A model generated the notes under the pieces. It had not been told where the DNA came from, searched no databases, and worked only from the letters and a program-made list of their open reading frames with translations. Of a stretch of DNA of 64,000 bases, positions 21,571 through 32,856 are shown one piece after another (position 1 is the first letter of the stretch; every line of letters starts with the position of its first letter). Both the position numbers and the translations under genes were made by a program. This stretch comes from an uncultured delta proteobacterium (lineage in GTDB: Bacteria > Myxococcota > Myxococcia > SLRQ01). The DNA lies in NCBI GenBank assembly GCA_963727485.1, contig CAVSGM010000001.1, positions 512,001 to 576,000 of the forward strand, given 5' to 3'.

Positions 21571-24415
21571 ATGGCCGACTCCCAAGTCATCGATTCTGAA
21601 GGCCCGCCTCGCCGCGGGTCAGGCCGCCGCCGACGATCCCCTCTCCGGCCTCTCCGCCGCCAACCGCGCCTGGATCGAGGACCTCTACGCCTCGTGGCTG
21701 GAGAGCCCCAGCAGCGTCTCCCGGAGCTGGGCCGAGCTCTTCGCGCAGCTCGGCGACGGGCTGGCCACCAGCGCCGAGGCCATCCGCGGCCCCGAGCCCG
21801 ACACCCGGTCCATCTTCGCCGCCGGCGCCCCCGAGCCCGTCACCGGCGACGCCGCGCACATCCGCAAGAACGCCTCGGTCCTCGACCTCATCACCGCCTA
21901 CCGGCGCAACGGCCACCTGGTGGCGACCCTCGATCCCCTGGGTCTCCACCAGCGCCCCCTGCCCCCGGAGCTCACCCTCCAGTACTGGGGGCTGACCGAG
22001 GACGACCTCGACACCGTCTTCGAGACCGGCCGCCTCGCCGGCCCGGCCCACGCCACCCTCCGGGACATCATCGACCGCTGCCAGGCCATCTACACCGGCA
22101 CCTTCGCCGCGGAGTTCATGTACATCCGCGACGAGGAGCGCCGCCGGTGGATCGAGCGGCGCATCGAGGAGAGCGGCGCCCGCATCGCCCTCGACCGCCC
22201 CACCGGGCTGCGGGTCCTGGACAAGCTCACCGCCGCCGACCACTTCGAGAGCTTCGTCCACACCAAGTACCTCGGGGCCAAGCGCTTCTCGGTGGAGGGC
22301 GCCGAGGCGCTGATCCCGCTCCTCGACCTCATGGTCTCCACCGCCGGCGACATGGGCGTCGGCGAGATCGTCATCGGCATGGCCCACCGGGGCCGCCTCA
22401 ACGTCCTCGCCAACCTCCTCGGCAAGGCGAGCCAGGACATCTTCGAGGAGTTCGAGGACCACTTCCCCCGCCCGGCGCAGATGGGCGGCGGCGACGTGAA
22501 GTACCACCTCGGCTACTCCTCGGACGTGGAGACCCCGGACGGCAAGAAGCTCCACCTCCGGCTGGCCTTCAACCCCAGCCACCTGGAGTTCGTGAACCCG
22601 GTGGTCGAGGGGATGGTCCGGGGCAAGCAGGACCACTTCGGCGACACCGCCCGCCACCGCACGGTGCCGGTCCTGATCCACGGTGACGCCGCGGTCATCG
22701 GCCAGGGGGTGGTCTCCGAGACCCTCAACCTCGCCGGGCTGCCGGGCTACGACGCCGGGGGCACCATCCACATCGTGGTGAACAACCAGATCGGGTTCAC
22801 CACCACCCCCGACGAGGGGCGGACCCCGGCCCACTGCACCGACGGGATGAAGGTCATCCTCCCCCCGGTCCTCCATGTCGACGCCGACGACTTCGGCGCC
22901 GTGGCCTTCGCGGCGCGCCTCGCCGCCGAGTACCGGCAGACCTTCCACAAGGACTTCGTCATCGATCTGGTGTGCTACCGGAAGTACGGGCACAACGAGG
23001 GTGACGAGCCGGCGTTCACCCAGCCCCTGATGTACCAGGCCATCCGCGCGCGGAAGACGCCGCTGAAGCGCTTCATCGACCGGTACACCGCCGAGGGCGT
23101 GCTCACCGACGACGACGTCGCCGACGCCGACGCCCGGGTGCGCACCCAGCTGGAGACGGCGCTGCGCCGGGCCCGGGCCAAGGACCGGGGGGCCAAGGAG
23201 CTCGCCGGCCTCTGGAAGGGCCTGCGCTCGGGCACCGACCCCACCGCGTCCGACTACCCCACCGAGGTGGAGGCGCCGGTGCTCCAGGAGATCGCCCGGC
23301 ACCTGGCCACGGCACCCGAGGGGATGGAGGTCCACCCCAAGGTCCAGCGCATCCTCGACTACCGGGCCGAGCTCGCCGAGGGCAAGGCCAGGGTCGACTG
23401 GTCCATGGGCGAGTCGCTGGCCTACGGCTCGCTCCTGCGCGAGGGGTACCCGGTGCGGCTGGCCGGCCAGGACTCCGGCCGCGGCACCTTCAGCCACCGC
23501 CACGCGGTCATCTACGACCAGAAGACCGGCGAGGCCTACCTCGCCCTCAAGCACCTCACCCGCTCCCAGGCCCAGATCGACGTGATCAACTCGCCGCTCT
23601 CCGAGGTGGCGGCGCTGGGCTTCGAGTACGGCTACACCTTGAGCCGCCCCGAGGCCCTGGTGATCTGGGAGGCGCAGTTCGGCGACTTCGCCAACGGGGC
23701 CCAGGTGATCATCGACCAGTTCATCTCCAGCTCCGAGGCCAAGTGGAACCGCCACACCGGCGTGGTCCTCTTCCTGCCCCACGGCTACGAGGGCATGGGC
23801 CCCGAGCACTCCTCGGCGCGCATCGAGCGCTTCCTCCAGCTCTCCGCCGAGGACAACTGGCGGGTCCTGAACCCCAGCACCCCGGCCCAGGTGTTCCATG
23901 CCCTGCGCAGCCAGCTCCACCGGAACTACCGCAAGCCCCTGGTGGTGTTCACGCCCAAGAGCCTGCTGCGGCTCGCCGACAGCTTCGCGGGCCTCGACGA
24001 GCTGGTGCACGGGTCGCTCAAGCCGGTCATCGACGACGCCGCCGCCGACCCCGAGACGGTCAAGCGGGTGGTGCTGTGCAGCGGCAAGGTCTACTACGAC
24101 CTGATGTCGCACCTGAAGGCGCACCCGGCGCCGGTGGCCGTGGTCCGGGTGGAGCAGCTCTACCCCTTCGACGCCGAGGAGGCCCAGGCGGTGATCCACC
24201 GCTACCCCCACGCGCGGGAGGTGGTGTGGTGCCAGGAGGAGCCCGCCAACATGGGCGCCTGGCTCCACCTCGAGCCGCTGTTGCGGCAGATCACCCAGCT
24301 GCCCATCCTCTACGCGGGGCGGGTCCGGGCGGCGAGCCCGGCGACGGGATCGAAGTTCCTCCACGACCAGGAGCAGGAAGCGCTGATCCGGTCGGCTACG
24401 AACATCCAGGGTTGA
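21571..24415 (+). CDS. sucA: 2-oxoglutarate dehydrogenase E1 (apparent frameshift at 21592-21596)
   Basis: GMAHRGRLN, GDVKYHLG, NPSHLE, HGDAA, WEAQFGDF, LPHGYEG. Removing one T from GATTC gives MADSQVIDLKARL from ATG 21571. Confidence 0.96.
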
Positions 24416-24458
24416 ACGGCGCCGCACCCGCGGCGCCTGGGACGGTCAGGGAGAGATC

Positions 24459-25861
24459 ATGCTCGTGGACATCGTCATCCCGGGTCTCGGTGAGTCCATC
24501 ACCGAAGGCACGGTGACCGACTGGCAGGTGCAGGTGGGCGAGAAGGTGGACGAGGACCAGCCGCTGGTCCAGATCGACACCGACAAGGTCTCCGTGGACA
24601 TCCCGGCGCCCGCCGGCGGGGTGCTCAAGGAGATCCTGGTCGAGGGGGGGCAGGACGTGGAGGTCGGGGCGGTCATCGGCCGCATCGACACCGAGGCCAG
24701 CGCCTCGGCCGGTGCCGGCAACGGGGCGGCCAAGGCGAAGGCGCCCGCGAAGCCCGCCGAGGCCGCGAAGCCCGCCGAGGCCGCCAAGCCCGCCGAGGCC
24801 GCCAAGCCGCCAAGCCCGCCGAGGCCGCCAAGCCCGCCGAGGCCGCCAAGCCCGCCGAGGCCGCCAAGCCCGCCGAGGCCGCCAAGCCCGCCGAGGCCAA
24901 GCCGGCCGCAGGCGCCCCGGGCGGGGACCGGTCCGCCGCCGACGTCCTCTCGCCCGCGGTGCGCCGCCTGGTGGAGGAGCACGACCTCGACCCGGCGAAG
25001 CTCGAGGGCACCGGGCCCCACGGCCGCCTCCTCAAGGAGGACGTCCTCCGGGTGGTCGGAGGCACCGGGGCACAGGGCCAGGCGAAGGCCGAGGCCAGGC
25101 GCGAGGCCCCGAAGCCCGCCGCGCCCCCGAAGGCGCCGGCCCCCGCCCGGGCCCCGGGCGCCCGGGGCGTCCGCCGGGTGAAGATGACCCGCCTGCGCCG
25201 CCGCATCGCCGAGCGCCTCAAGGAGGTCCAGAACACCGCGGCCATCCTCACCACCTTCAACGAGGTGGACATGACCGAGGTCTTCGCCCTGCGAAGGCAG
25301 TACGGCGAGCGGTTCCAGAAGGCCCACGGGGTGAAGCTCGGGTTCATGAGCTTCTTCGTGAAGGCGGCCATCGAGGCGCTGAAGGCCTACCCGGCGGTCA
25401 ACGGCTACATCGACGGCGACGACGTCGTCTACCACGACTACTACGACATCGGCGTGGCGGTGAGCAGCGAGCGGGGCCTGGTGGTCCCGGTGCTGCGCGG
25501 CGCCGAGCACCTGTCGATGGCCGAGGTGGAGACCGGCATCCACGCGCTCTCCTCCGCCGCCCGGGACGGGAGCCTCACCCTGGAGCAGCTCTCCGGGGGC
25601 ACCTTCAGCATCACCAACGGCGGCGTCTTCGGCTCCATGCTCTCGACCCCCATCCTCAACCCGCCCCAGAGCGCCATCCTGGGGATGCACGCCATCAACG
25701 AGCGGCCGGTGGCGATCGACGGTGAGGTGGTGATCCGGCCGATGATGTACCTCGCCCTGTCCTATGATCATCGGATCGTCGACGGCGCCCAGGCGGTGCG
25801 CTTCCTGGTGAAGGTCAAGGAAGTGCTCGAGGACCCGACGCGACTGCTCCTGGAGGTGTGA
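24459..25861 (+). CDS. sucB: Dihydrolipoamide succinyltransferase E2 (frameshift in linker repeat)
   Basis: Lipoyl domain TDKV, E3-binding [22 protein letters not shown]; broken at 24801-24808. Confidence 0.95.
24747..24898 (+). repeat. 18-bp tandem repeat (AKPAEA) x8 plus one 8-nt partial unit
   Basis: Unit GCCAAGCCCGCCGAGGCC; partial GCCAAGCC at 24801-24808. Confidence 0.95.
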
Positions 25862-25862
25862 G

Positions 25863-27269
25863 GTGGCGGAGAACGACTTCGACGTGGTCGTCATCGGTGG
25901 CGGCCCGGGTGGCTACGTCTGCGCCATCCGCTGCGCCCAGCTGGGCCTCAAGACCGCCTGTGTCGACGACCGGCCGGAGCTCGGGGGCACCTGCCTCAAC
26001 GTGGGCTGCATCCCCTCCAAGGCGCTCCTCGAGTCCTCGGAGATCTACCACCAGGCCCAAGGGGTCTTCGCCCGCCACGGGGTGAAGGTCACCGCCGAGC
26101 TCGACCTGCCCACGATGATGGCCCGCAAGGACAAGATCGTCGCGGCCCTCACCCGGGGAGTGGCGGGCCTGTTCAAGAAGAACGGGATCACCCGCCTCCA
26201 GGGCCGCGGTCGGTTCAAGACCGCCCACGAGATCGAGGTCGTGGAGGCCGGCGCCTCCGAGCCCTCGCAGACGGTCACCGCCCGGCAGGTGGTGGTCGCC
26301 ACCGGCTCCGAGCCCGCGAGCCTCCGGGGCGTCGCGTTCGACGGCGACAAGGTGTTCACCAGCACCGAGGCGCTGTCCCTCTCCGCGCCGCCCAAGCACC
26401 TGGCGGTCATCGGCGCCGGGGTCATCGGCCTGGAGATGGGCTCGGTGTGGCGGCGCCTGGGCTCACGGGTCACCGTCCTCGAGTACCTCGACCGGGCGCT
26501 CCCCGGCGCCGACCTCGAGGTGAGCAAGCAGGCGCGCACCAGCCTCGCCAAGCAGGGCCTCGCCTTCCACCTGGGGGTGGCGGTCACGGGCGCCGAGGTC
26601 AAGGGCGACACGGTGGTGGTCCGCTACCAGAAGGGCGACGCCCCCGAGGAGCTGGAGTGCGACGCGGTGCTGGTCGCCGTGGGCCGCCGCCCCTACACCG
26701 CGGGCCTGAACGCCGAGGCCGTGGGCCTCGCCCTCGACGACCGGGGCCGGGTCGAGGTGGACGCTTCGCTGAAGACCAACCTCGACGGCGTCTGGGCCAT
26801 CGGCGATGTCGTCACCGGCCCGATGCTCGCCCACAAGGCCGAGGACGAGGGCGTCGCCGTCGCCGAGCGCATCGCCGGGCTGCCGGGCCACGTGAACTAC
26901 GGCGCCATCCCCTTCGTGGTCTACACCGACCCCGAGGTCGCCTGGGTGGGCCAGACCGAGGAGCAGCTCAAGGACTCGGGCGTGCCCTACCGCGCCGGCA
27001 AGTTCCCCTTCATGGCCAACGGCCGGGCCAAGGCGCTGGAGTCCACCGAGGGCTTCGTGAAGATCCTGGCCCACGCCGAGACCGACCGGGTGCTGGGGGT
27101 CCACATCGTGGGCTTCAAGGCCGGCGAGCTCATCGCCGAGGCGACCCTGGGCCTGGAGCTCGGCGCCAGCGCCGAGGACATCGCCCGCACCAGCCACGCC
27201 CACCCGACCCTCACCGAGGTGTTCCGGGAGGCGGCGATGGCGGTGGACCAGCGGGCGATCCACATCTAG
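25863..27269 (+). CDS. lpdA: Dihydrolipoyl dehydrogenase E3
   Basis: GGGPGG, GGTCLNVGCIPSK, GAGVIGLE, HAHPTLTE. Confidence 0.97.
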   Translation: MAENDFDVVVIGGGPGGYVCAIRCAQLGLKTACVDDRPELGGTCLNVGCIPSKALLESSEIYHQAQGVFARHGVKVTAELDLPTMMARKDKIVAALTRGVAGLFKKNGITRLQGRGRFKTAHEIEVVEAGASEPSQTVTARQVVVATGSEPASLRGVAFDGDKVFTSTEALSLSAPPKHLAVIGAGVIGLEMGSVWRRLGSRVTVLEYLDRALPGADLEVSKQARTSLAKQGLAFHLGVAVTGAEVKGDTVVVRYQKGDAPEELECDAVLVAVGRRPYTAGLNAEAVGLALDDRGRVEVDASLKTNLDGVWAIGDVVTGPMLAHKAEDEGVAVAERIAGLPGHVNYGAIPFVVYTDPEVAWVGQTEEQLKDSGVPYRAGKFPFMANGRAKALESTEGFVKILAHAETDRVLGVHIVGFKAGELIAEATLGLELGASAEDIARTSHAHPTLTEVFREAAMAVDQRAIHI

Positions 27270-27299
27270 CCGGCGCCAGGGACGTGCCCGGGGGGCGCG

Positions 27300-28196
27300 T
27301 CAGACCGGCGGCGTCGCCGGCGGCTGCCAGGGCAGGGCGTCCAAGGGCACCACCGTGGCCCCGACGGCCCCTGGCCCGCCGTGGAGATAGATGCTGGGCG
27401 AGAGCGGGCGCGAGTAGAGGAAGGCCACGTCGAAGCGCTCGCGGAGCTGGTCGGCGAGGCGCCGGGCCTTGTCCGGGGCGTTGCCGTGGAAGATGCCCGC
27501 CCACACCCGGCGCTGCCGCCCCCCGATCGCCGCCGCGAGGTACGCGGCGAGGCGGACGGCGGGGTCGGCGGAGGCCGGGATCTTGCCCGCGGCCTTGAGC
27601 TCGCCGTCGTCGAAGGCGATGAGCGGTCGGATTTGGAAGAGGTTGGCGATGAAGGCGCGCAGGGCCGTGGCCCGCCCGCCCTTCACCAGGTAGTCGAGGG
27701 TCTCCACGGCGAAGGCCGCGCGGCTGGCCTCGCGATAGGCCGCCAGGAGCTCGGCGATCCGCGGCAGCGGCACCCCCGCGCGATCGGCCTCTCCGGCGAG
27801 GATCGTCGCCAGGCCCGCGCCGACGTCGGTGGTGCCGGTGTCGGCGACGGCGATCGCCACGTCGGCGTAGGACGCCTGATCGCCCAGGATCCGCGCCGCG
27901 GCCACGGCGGCGTCGTGGGATTGGATGAGCTTGCGGGAGGTCATCACCGCGAGGATTTGGCGATCCGTGGCGGCCAGGTCGCGGAACATCCCGGCGTACT
28001 CCGCCGCCGAGGTGCCGAGCACGTACGGGTGCTCCTGGGCGGTGCGCACCCAGGCGTCGATGGTCTCGAGGGCGACCCCGTCCCGGGTGTCGTGCTCGAC
28101 CCCGTCCACGACGATCTTCTGGGGGGTGAGGGCCACCCCGTAGCGGGCGACGATCTCGGGGGACAGGTTCGAGCCGGGGTTGGTGAGGATGCGCAC
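27300..28196 (-). CDS. DegV family fatty-acid-binding protein
   Basis: RILT start, TL.YLVKGGR, I.PLI...DGEL, I.LHGGPGAVG. Confidence 0.85.
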   Translation of the reverse strand: MRILTNPGSNLSPEIVARYGVALTPQKIVVDGVEHDTRDGVALETIDAWVRTAQEHPYVLGTSAAEYAGMFRDLAATDRQILAVMTSRKLIQSHDAAVAAARILGDQASYADVAIAVADTGTTDVGAGLATILAGEADRAGVPLPRIAELLAAYREASRAAFAVETLDYLVKGGRATALRAFIANLFQIRPLIAFDDGELKAAGKIPASADPAVRLAAYLAAAIGGRQRRVWAGIFHGNAPDKARRLADQLRERFDVAFLYSRPLSPSIYLHGGPGAVGATVVPLDALPWQPPATPPV

Positions 28197-28374
28197 GGAA
28201 TCGATGGTAGCAGCGCGTGCTGCCCGACGGCGAGGTGGGGTCTCCCCGTGGCCCTCCCCCCGTCCGGGTCGCCGGGGACCCGGGTCACGCCTTGGGACCC
28301 CGCCGGCGCGGACCCCGAGGCCCGTCGATCCGGGCCCTTGGCCCCTTGGCCCGGCGTGTGCAGCTGCCTGATGC

Positions 28375-29755
28375 ATGTCCCCGTCCCCGCCGCCGCGTGC
28401 GACCTCGGCCCGACGCCGGCGCCCGTCCCTGGGCCCGATCTCCCCGGAGACCGCCGCCGCCGCGGTACGCGATCGCCGAGGGGCGGTCCGCTGGGGCCTG
28501 CTCCTGATCCCCGCCCTCTACCCCCTCGACGCATTCTTCGCCGGCCACGCCATCCCCGGGGCCTTCGTGGTGCGGGCGCTCTGGGCGGGCATCTTCCTCC
28601 TCGGCCTGAGGCGCCAGAGCCGCGACGGCCACGACGGGGACGGGCGCTGGGTCACGGTCTACGCCATCGCCAGCGCCACCGCGATCTTCACCCTCGCCAC
28701 CCTCACCGGCGGCAAGGACAGCTACCTCTTCCCCTGGACCTTCGCCCTCCCGGTGATCTTCGGCGCGGTGAACCCGGACCGGCGCCAGGCGGTGGTCGGC
28801 TCCGCGGCGATCCTCGCCCTCGGCGGCGCGGCCATCCTCTCCCAGACCACCCACCCCGAGGTGAGCATCACCCTCTACGTCGCCCAGCTCGCGGTGGTCA
28901 CCGGCCTGGCGCTGGTGGCCCAGTCGCAGTTCTCGAGGCTGGTGGCGCGGGAGCTCTCCGCCGCCGGCGAGCGCGAGGCGGCCCTGGCCGCCCTGGTCGA
29001 GAGCGAGAGCCGGCGTGCCCGCACCGAGCGCCTGGCGACCCTGGGGCAGCTCGCCGCCGGGGTGGCCCACGAAATCAACAACCCCCTGGCCTACCTCAAG
29101 GCCAACCTCGGCTACGTCCGCGAGGTGAGCCTTCAGCGGCTCCCTCCCGCGGATTCGGGAGGACGTCGCCGAGGTTCTCGACGAGAGCCGGGCGGGGCTC
29201 GACCGGATCGCCGAGATCGTCGGCGCCCTCCGGCTCTACGCCCGGGACGACGACGAGACGCCCAATGGCGACGTCTCCGGCGCCATCGCCGAGGCCGCGC
29301 AGCTCGCCTCGGTGCGGCTCCGGGGCGTGGCCGAGCTCGACACCGAGGTGGCGGCGGGCCTCCCGGCGGTCCCCATGGCCCAGGGCCGCCTCGCCCAGGT
29401 GCTCGTCAACCTCCTCCTCAACGCTGCCGACGCCGTCGTCGACCGGCCCGGCGCCGGCCGGGTGTCCCTGCGCGCCGAGGCGGTGGGGGGCGGCGAGCGG
29501 ATGCGCATCGCCGTCGAGGACGACGGCGTGGGCCTCACCCCCGATGTGAAGGCGCGCCTCTTCCGCCCCTTCTTCACCACCAAGCCCCCGGGGAAGGGCA
29601 CCGGCCTCGGCCTCGCCCTCGCCGAGGAGATGGTCACCCGCGCCGGGGGCACCATCGCCGCCGGGGACCGTCCCGGTGGCCCCGGGGCCCGCTTCGTGGT
29701 GGAGCTCCCGGCGGTGCCTCAGGCCCGGAGCAGCGGGAGCAGCTCGGCGGCGTAG
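28375..29755 (+). CDS. Membrane sensor histidine kinase, orphan (apparent frameshift at 29152-29156)
   Basis: About 6 TMs; LGQLAAGVAHEINNPL; QVLVNLLLNA, DDGVG, FFTTK, GTGLGL. Confidence 0.9.
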
Positions 29756-30759
29756 GCGCGGCTGGCGTCGTCGACACCCGTGAGGTCGATCCGGTCGGGT
29801 CCGGCGACGCCCAGGCCGAGCTCGACGGCCCGGGCGAGCTGGTCCTGCTCGAAGATCCGCCCCCGGCTCACGGCGCGGGTGGTGCCGAAGCGCCGGAGGA
29901 TGGCGACGCCCACCGCGTCGACGGCCACCCGGTCGGCGCCGGCGAGGACCACGCCCGGGTGCACCCGGCGCCCCTTGTCGGGCCCGCCGTCGGTGAAGGC
30001 GTCGACCCCGTCGAGGACCACCGCCGCCGGGGCGTAGGCGGTGTTCACCTCGGCGATCATCTGCCGCTGGTGGCGCGAGAGGTGGAGCTCGTGCATGTAG
30101 TCGTGGCGGTCGCCGGGGACGCGCTTGCCGGCGAGGCCCACCGAGTTCTTCAGCGAGAGGGTGAAGTGGCCCCCGAAGCGGTGGGTCTTCAGGCAGCACA
30201 GGTTCACCACCGCGCCCGCGTCGAGGGCCAGGCGCGGGAAGGGGAAGCCCTGCTTCCAGTGGCTGCCCTTGGGCGTGACCCGGACCCAGCCGGACGCCGG
30301 GAGGTCCTCGAAGACCACCGTCTCCAGCTTCAGCTCGCGCGCCAGCGCCAGGACGCCCATCTCTTCCATCACCCGCCGGGTGTCGCCCATGCCGCTGCGG
30401 TCGCCGACGGTGATCCCCCCGGCGCCGAGGCGGCGCAGCTCGGTGACGGTGGCGCGCAACACGTCGAGGTGGGTGGAGCCCGGGGCCGGGTCGGCGCTGT
30501 TGAGGTTCGGCTTGATCAGGACGTGCTGGCCCTTGACCCCCGAGAGGTCCAGGGCGGCGAGCGCCCGGCGCACGCCGTCGGCCCGGTCGTCGGTCTTCAC
30601 CAGGACCACCGTGGACCGGGCCGGCCCCTTGAACGGGCGCGGGGTGAGGGTCGCGCCGGTGGCGGCGGCGAGGATGCCCCGGGGCAGGAGCGTCGCCACG
30701 CCCCCGGCGGCGACGGTCACGAGGAAGTCCCGGCGGCTCTGCGAAGGGTTGTCGGCCAT
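29719..30759 (-). CDS. DUF362 family protein with Tat signal
   Basis: SRRDFL Tat motif; VLIKPN, LKTH, TLSLKN, D.VAVD. Confidence 0.88.
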   Translation of the reverse strand: MADNPSQSRRDFLVTVAAGGVATLLPRGILAAATGATLTPRPFKGPARSTVVLVKTDDRADGVRRALAALDLSGVKGQHVLIKPNLNSADPAPGSTHLDVLRATVTELRRLGAGGITVGDRSGMGDTRRVMEEMGVLALARELKLETVVFEDLPASGWVRVTPKGSHWKQGFPFPRLALDAGAVVNLCCLKTHRFGGHFTLSLKNSVGLAGKRVPGDRHDYMHELHLSRHQRQMIAEVNTAYAPAAVVLDGVDAFTDGGPDKGRRVHPGVVLAGADRVAVDAVGVAILRRFGTTRAVSRGRIFEQDQLARAVELGLGVAGPDRIDLTGVDDASRAYAAELLPLLRA

Positions 30760-30839
30760 GGCGCACCTCCCGGCACCGGGAAGCCTAGGGCCGGGCACGC
30801 CGCGGGGCCGTGGGGCGATGTCCGCCGGTGGGGCGCTGG

Positions 30840-31508
30840 CTACTCGCCGCCGGTCGCCATCGCCGGCGGGGCCATCCCCGTCGCCGCCTGCCAGGCCTTC
30901 GCGCCCACCACCTCCTGGCGGAAGGCGGCGTGGCAGCCGGTGCAGTGGGTGAGGGTCTTCGCCGTGGCCGCGGTCACCGCCGCCGCGTCATGCTTCTTCG
31001 CCGCGGCGAGGATCTGGTCGGCCTGCTTGTGGAACGCCAGGGCCTGCTCGGTGAACCCCGGGGCCCCGGCGCCCATGTGCCGGCACATCATGGCCATCTG
31101 GGGCGAGGAGCCGATGGCCTTCGCCGATCGGGCGACGGCGTCGAAGTCGTGGGCCGCGAGCCCGGCGAGGATGCCCTGGATGGCGGCGAGGTGGCCCTGC
31201 ATCTCGTTCTTCTGGTGGAGGGCCATGACCGGGAGCAGGGGGACGGGCCTGCGGCCGTCGAGGGCGGCGAGCTGGTCCCAGGGGCCGGTGGCCGAGCCAG
31301 GCGCGGGATCCGCGACGGCCTTCGCGGGCACCGGGGTCGCGACGGCCTTCGCGGGCACCGGGGTCGCGACGGCCTTGGCGGCGGCCGTCTCGCCCTTCTT
31401 CGCCCGGCGCCCGGGCAGGGGGCAGTGGCACCCGGCGACCAGCGCCAGGCCGGCGACCAGGGCGAGGGAGACGGAGCGGGACACGCGGCGGTCGGGGCGG
31501 GGCGTCAT
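30840..31508 (-). CDS. Lipoprotein c-type cytochrome (cytochrome c'-like, C-terminal CxxCH)
   Basis: Lipobox VAGC; CTGCH near C-terminus; helical. Confidence 0.8.
   Translation of the reverse strand: MTPRPDRRVSRSVSLALVAGLALVAGCHCPLPGRRAKKGETAAAKAVATPVPAKAVATPVPAKAVADPAPGSATGPWDQLAALDGRRPVPLLPVMALHQKNEMQGHLAAIQGILAGLAAHDFDAVARSAKAIGSSPQMAMMCRHMGAGAPGFTEQALAFHKQADQILAAAKKHDAAAVTAATAKTLTHCTGCHAAFRQEVVGAKAWQAATGMAPPAMATGGE
31312..31376. repeat. 27-bp tandem repeat (AKAVATPVP), about 2.4 copies
   Basis: GCGACGGCCTTCGCGGGCACCGGGGTC x2 plus partial. Confidence 0.9.
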
Positions 31509-31975
31509 GGGGGATCCTTTGGGGGTGGGGCGTCGCCGGCGGCGAGGGCCGCCATGGTCCGGCGGAGGCGCTCGAGGGCGTCGACGAGGGCCTCGGCCTC
31601 GCCGTCGAGGCCGTGGAGGACGCGGGTGAAGTGGGCGGCGCTGGCGGCGTCGACCTGGGCGGCGAGCGCCGCGCCCTTGCCGGTGAGGCGCAGGAGCCGG
31701 GCCCGGCCGTCGGCGGGGTGGGGTGTGCGCTCGAGCTCGCCGTTGCTCGCCATCCGGGCGGCGAGGCGTGAGACGTTGGTCCGGTCGATGGAGAGGGTCC
31801 CCGCCAGCTCGGTGACCGTCATCCCCTCCGGGCAGCGGCGCAGCTCGAGGAGGGCGTAGGCGTAGGGCAGGGGGAGCGTGGTGCCGCAGGGGCGGCAGGC
31901 GTCGTCGAGGGCGCCGTGGGCCACGAGGAGCCCTCGGACGGCCTCCCGGAGGGCTCTGGCGGGATCGGCGGGCAC
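31505..31975 (-). CDS. MarR family transcriptional regulator
   Basis: TVTELAGTLSIDRTNVSRL, D.R..LL.LT..G; N-terminal CRPCG. Confidence 0.9.
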   Translation of the reverse strand: MPADPARALREAVRGLLVAHGALDDACRPCGTTLPLPYAYALLELRRCPEGMTVTELAGTLSIDRTNVSRLAARMASNGELERTPHPADGRARLLRLTGKGAALAAQVDAASAAHFTRVLHGLDGEAEALVDALERLRRTMAALAAGDAPPPKDPP

Positions 31976-32017
31976 CCCAGGGGGATACGTGCGAACGCAC
32001 GTAGATGCAAGGGCCTC

Positions 32018-32067
32018 TTGCGTTGGTCTGACCAAGTTGGTAATACCACTTGCAACTGGTAATACCA
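32018..32067 (+). promoter_or_regulatory. Three FadR/GntR-type operator palindromes overlapping two tandem sigma70-like promoters
   Basis: TTGGTCTGACCAA (32023-32035), TGGTAATACCA (32038-32048, 32057-32067); TTGCGT-N17-TAATAC and TTGGTA-N17-TAATAC. Confidence 0.8.
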
Positions 32068-32070
32068 CTC

Positions 32071-32856
32071 ATGGCCAACCCGACCTCCCAGCCCCCCACC
32101 GCCCCGAAGAAGCGCGCCGCCGACGCCGCCGCCGACCGCCTCCGGCGAGCCATCCTCCAGGGGGATCACCCCGCCGGCTCGGACCTCCCCCCGGAGCGCG
32201 AGCTCGCCGAGCACCTCGGCATCAGCCGCCTCACCCTGCGCTCGGCCCTCGCCCACCTGGAGTCCGAGGGCCTGGTCCGGCCCGTCCACGGCTCCGGAAA
32301 CCGGGTCCTCGACTTCCGCGAGACCGGCGGCGTCGAGCTCCTGGGCCACCTGGTCACCGTGGCCCAGGCCGGCGGCGAGCTCCCGGTGCGCCTCTTCGCC
32401 GACGTCCTCGAGCTGCGGCGCTTCGTCGCCGTCGAGGTGGTGGGCCTCGCCGCCGAGCGGGGCACCGACGAGGACCTGGCCACCCTGCGCCTGGCGGTTC
32501 GGGACCTCGCGACGCACCTGGGCGATCCCAAGGCGTTCATGGCGGCCGACCTGGCCTTCTCGCGCCGCCTCGTCGCCGCCAGCCACAACTTCGCCCTGGC
32601 GCTGCTCACCAACACCATCATCCGGGTGCTCGAGGGGCAGCCCGGCATCGAGCTCGCCTTCTACGTGAACCCCGAGGGCACCGTGGAGGTCTACGACCAC
32701 GTGCTCTCCCGCCTCGAGCGCCGCGAGGGCGCCGCGGCCCAGAAGGCCGCCCGCCGCCTCCTCGCCCGCCTCGACGCCACCATCCTCGACCGGGTCCGCG
32801 CCTTCGCCGCCGCGACGGCCCCCCGCCCGGTCGCCTCCGCAGGAGCAGACCAATGA
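32071..32856 (+). CDS. GntR family (FadR subfamily) regulator
   Basis: LPPERELAEHLGISRLTLRSAL..L...GLV...HGSG; FCD-like C-terminus. Confidence 0.93.
   Translation: MANPTSQPPTAPKKRAADAAADRLRRAILQGDHPAGSDLPPERELAEHLGISRLTLRSALAHLESEGLVRPVHGSGNRVLDFRETGGVELLGHLVTVAQAGGELPVRLFADVLELRRFVAVEVVGLAAERGTDEDLATLRLAVRDLATHLGDPKAFMAADLAFSRRLVAASHNFALALLTNTIIRVLEGQPGIELAFYVNPEGTVEVYDHVLSRLERREGAAAQKAARRLLARLDATILDRVRAFAAATAPRPVASAGADQ

Noticed and set aside
24747..24898. Repeat array as CRISPR
   Set aside because: Contiguous codon-phased units with no spacers and no cas genes; it encodes the SucB linker.
152..29156. Programmed frameshifting or true pseudogenes at the GATTC sites
   Set aside because: No slippery heptamers; the same +T event in unrelated genes, including sucA, fits a systematic sequencing error better.
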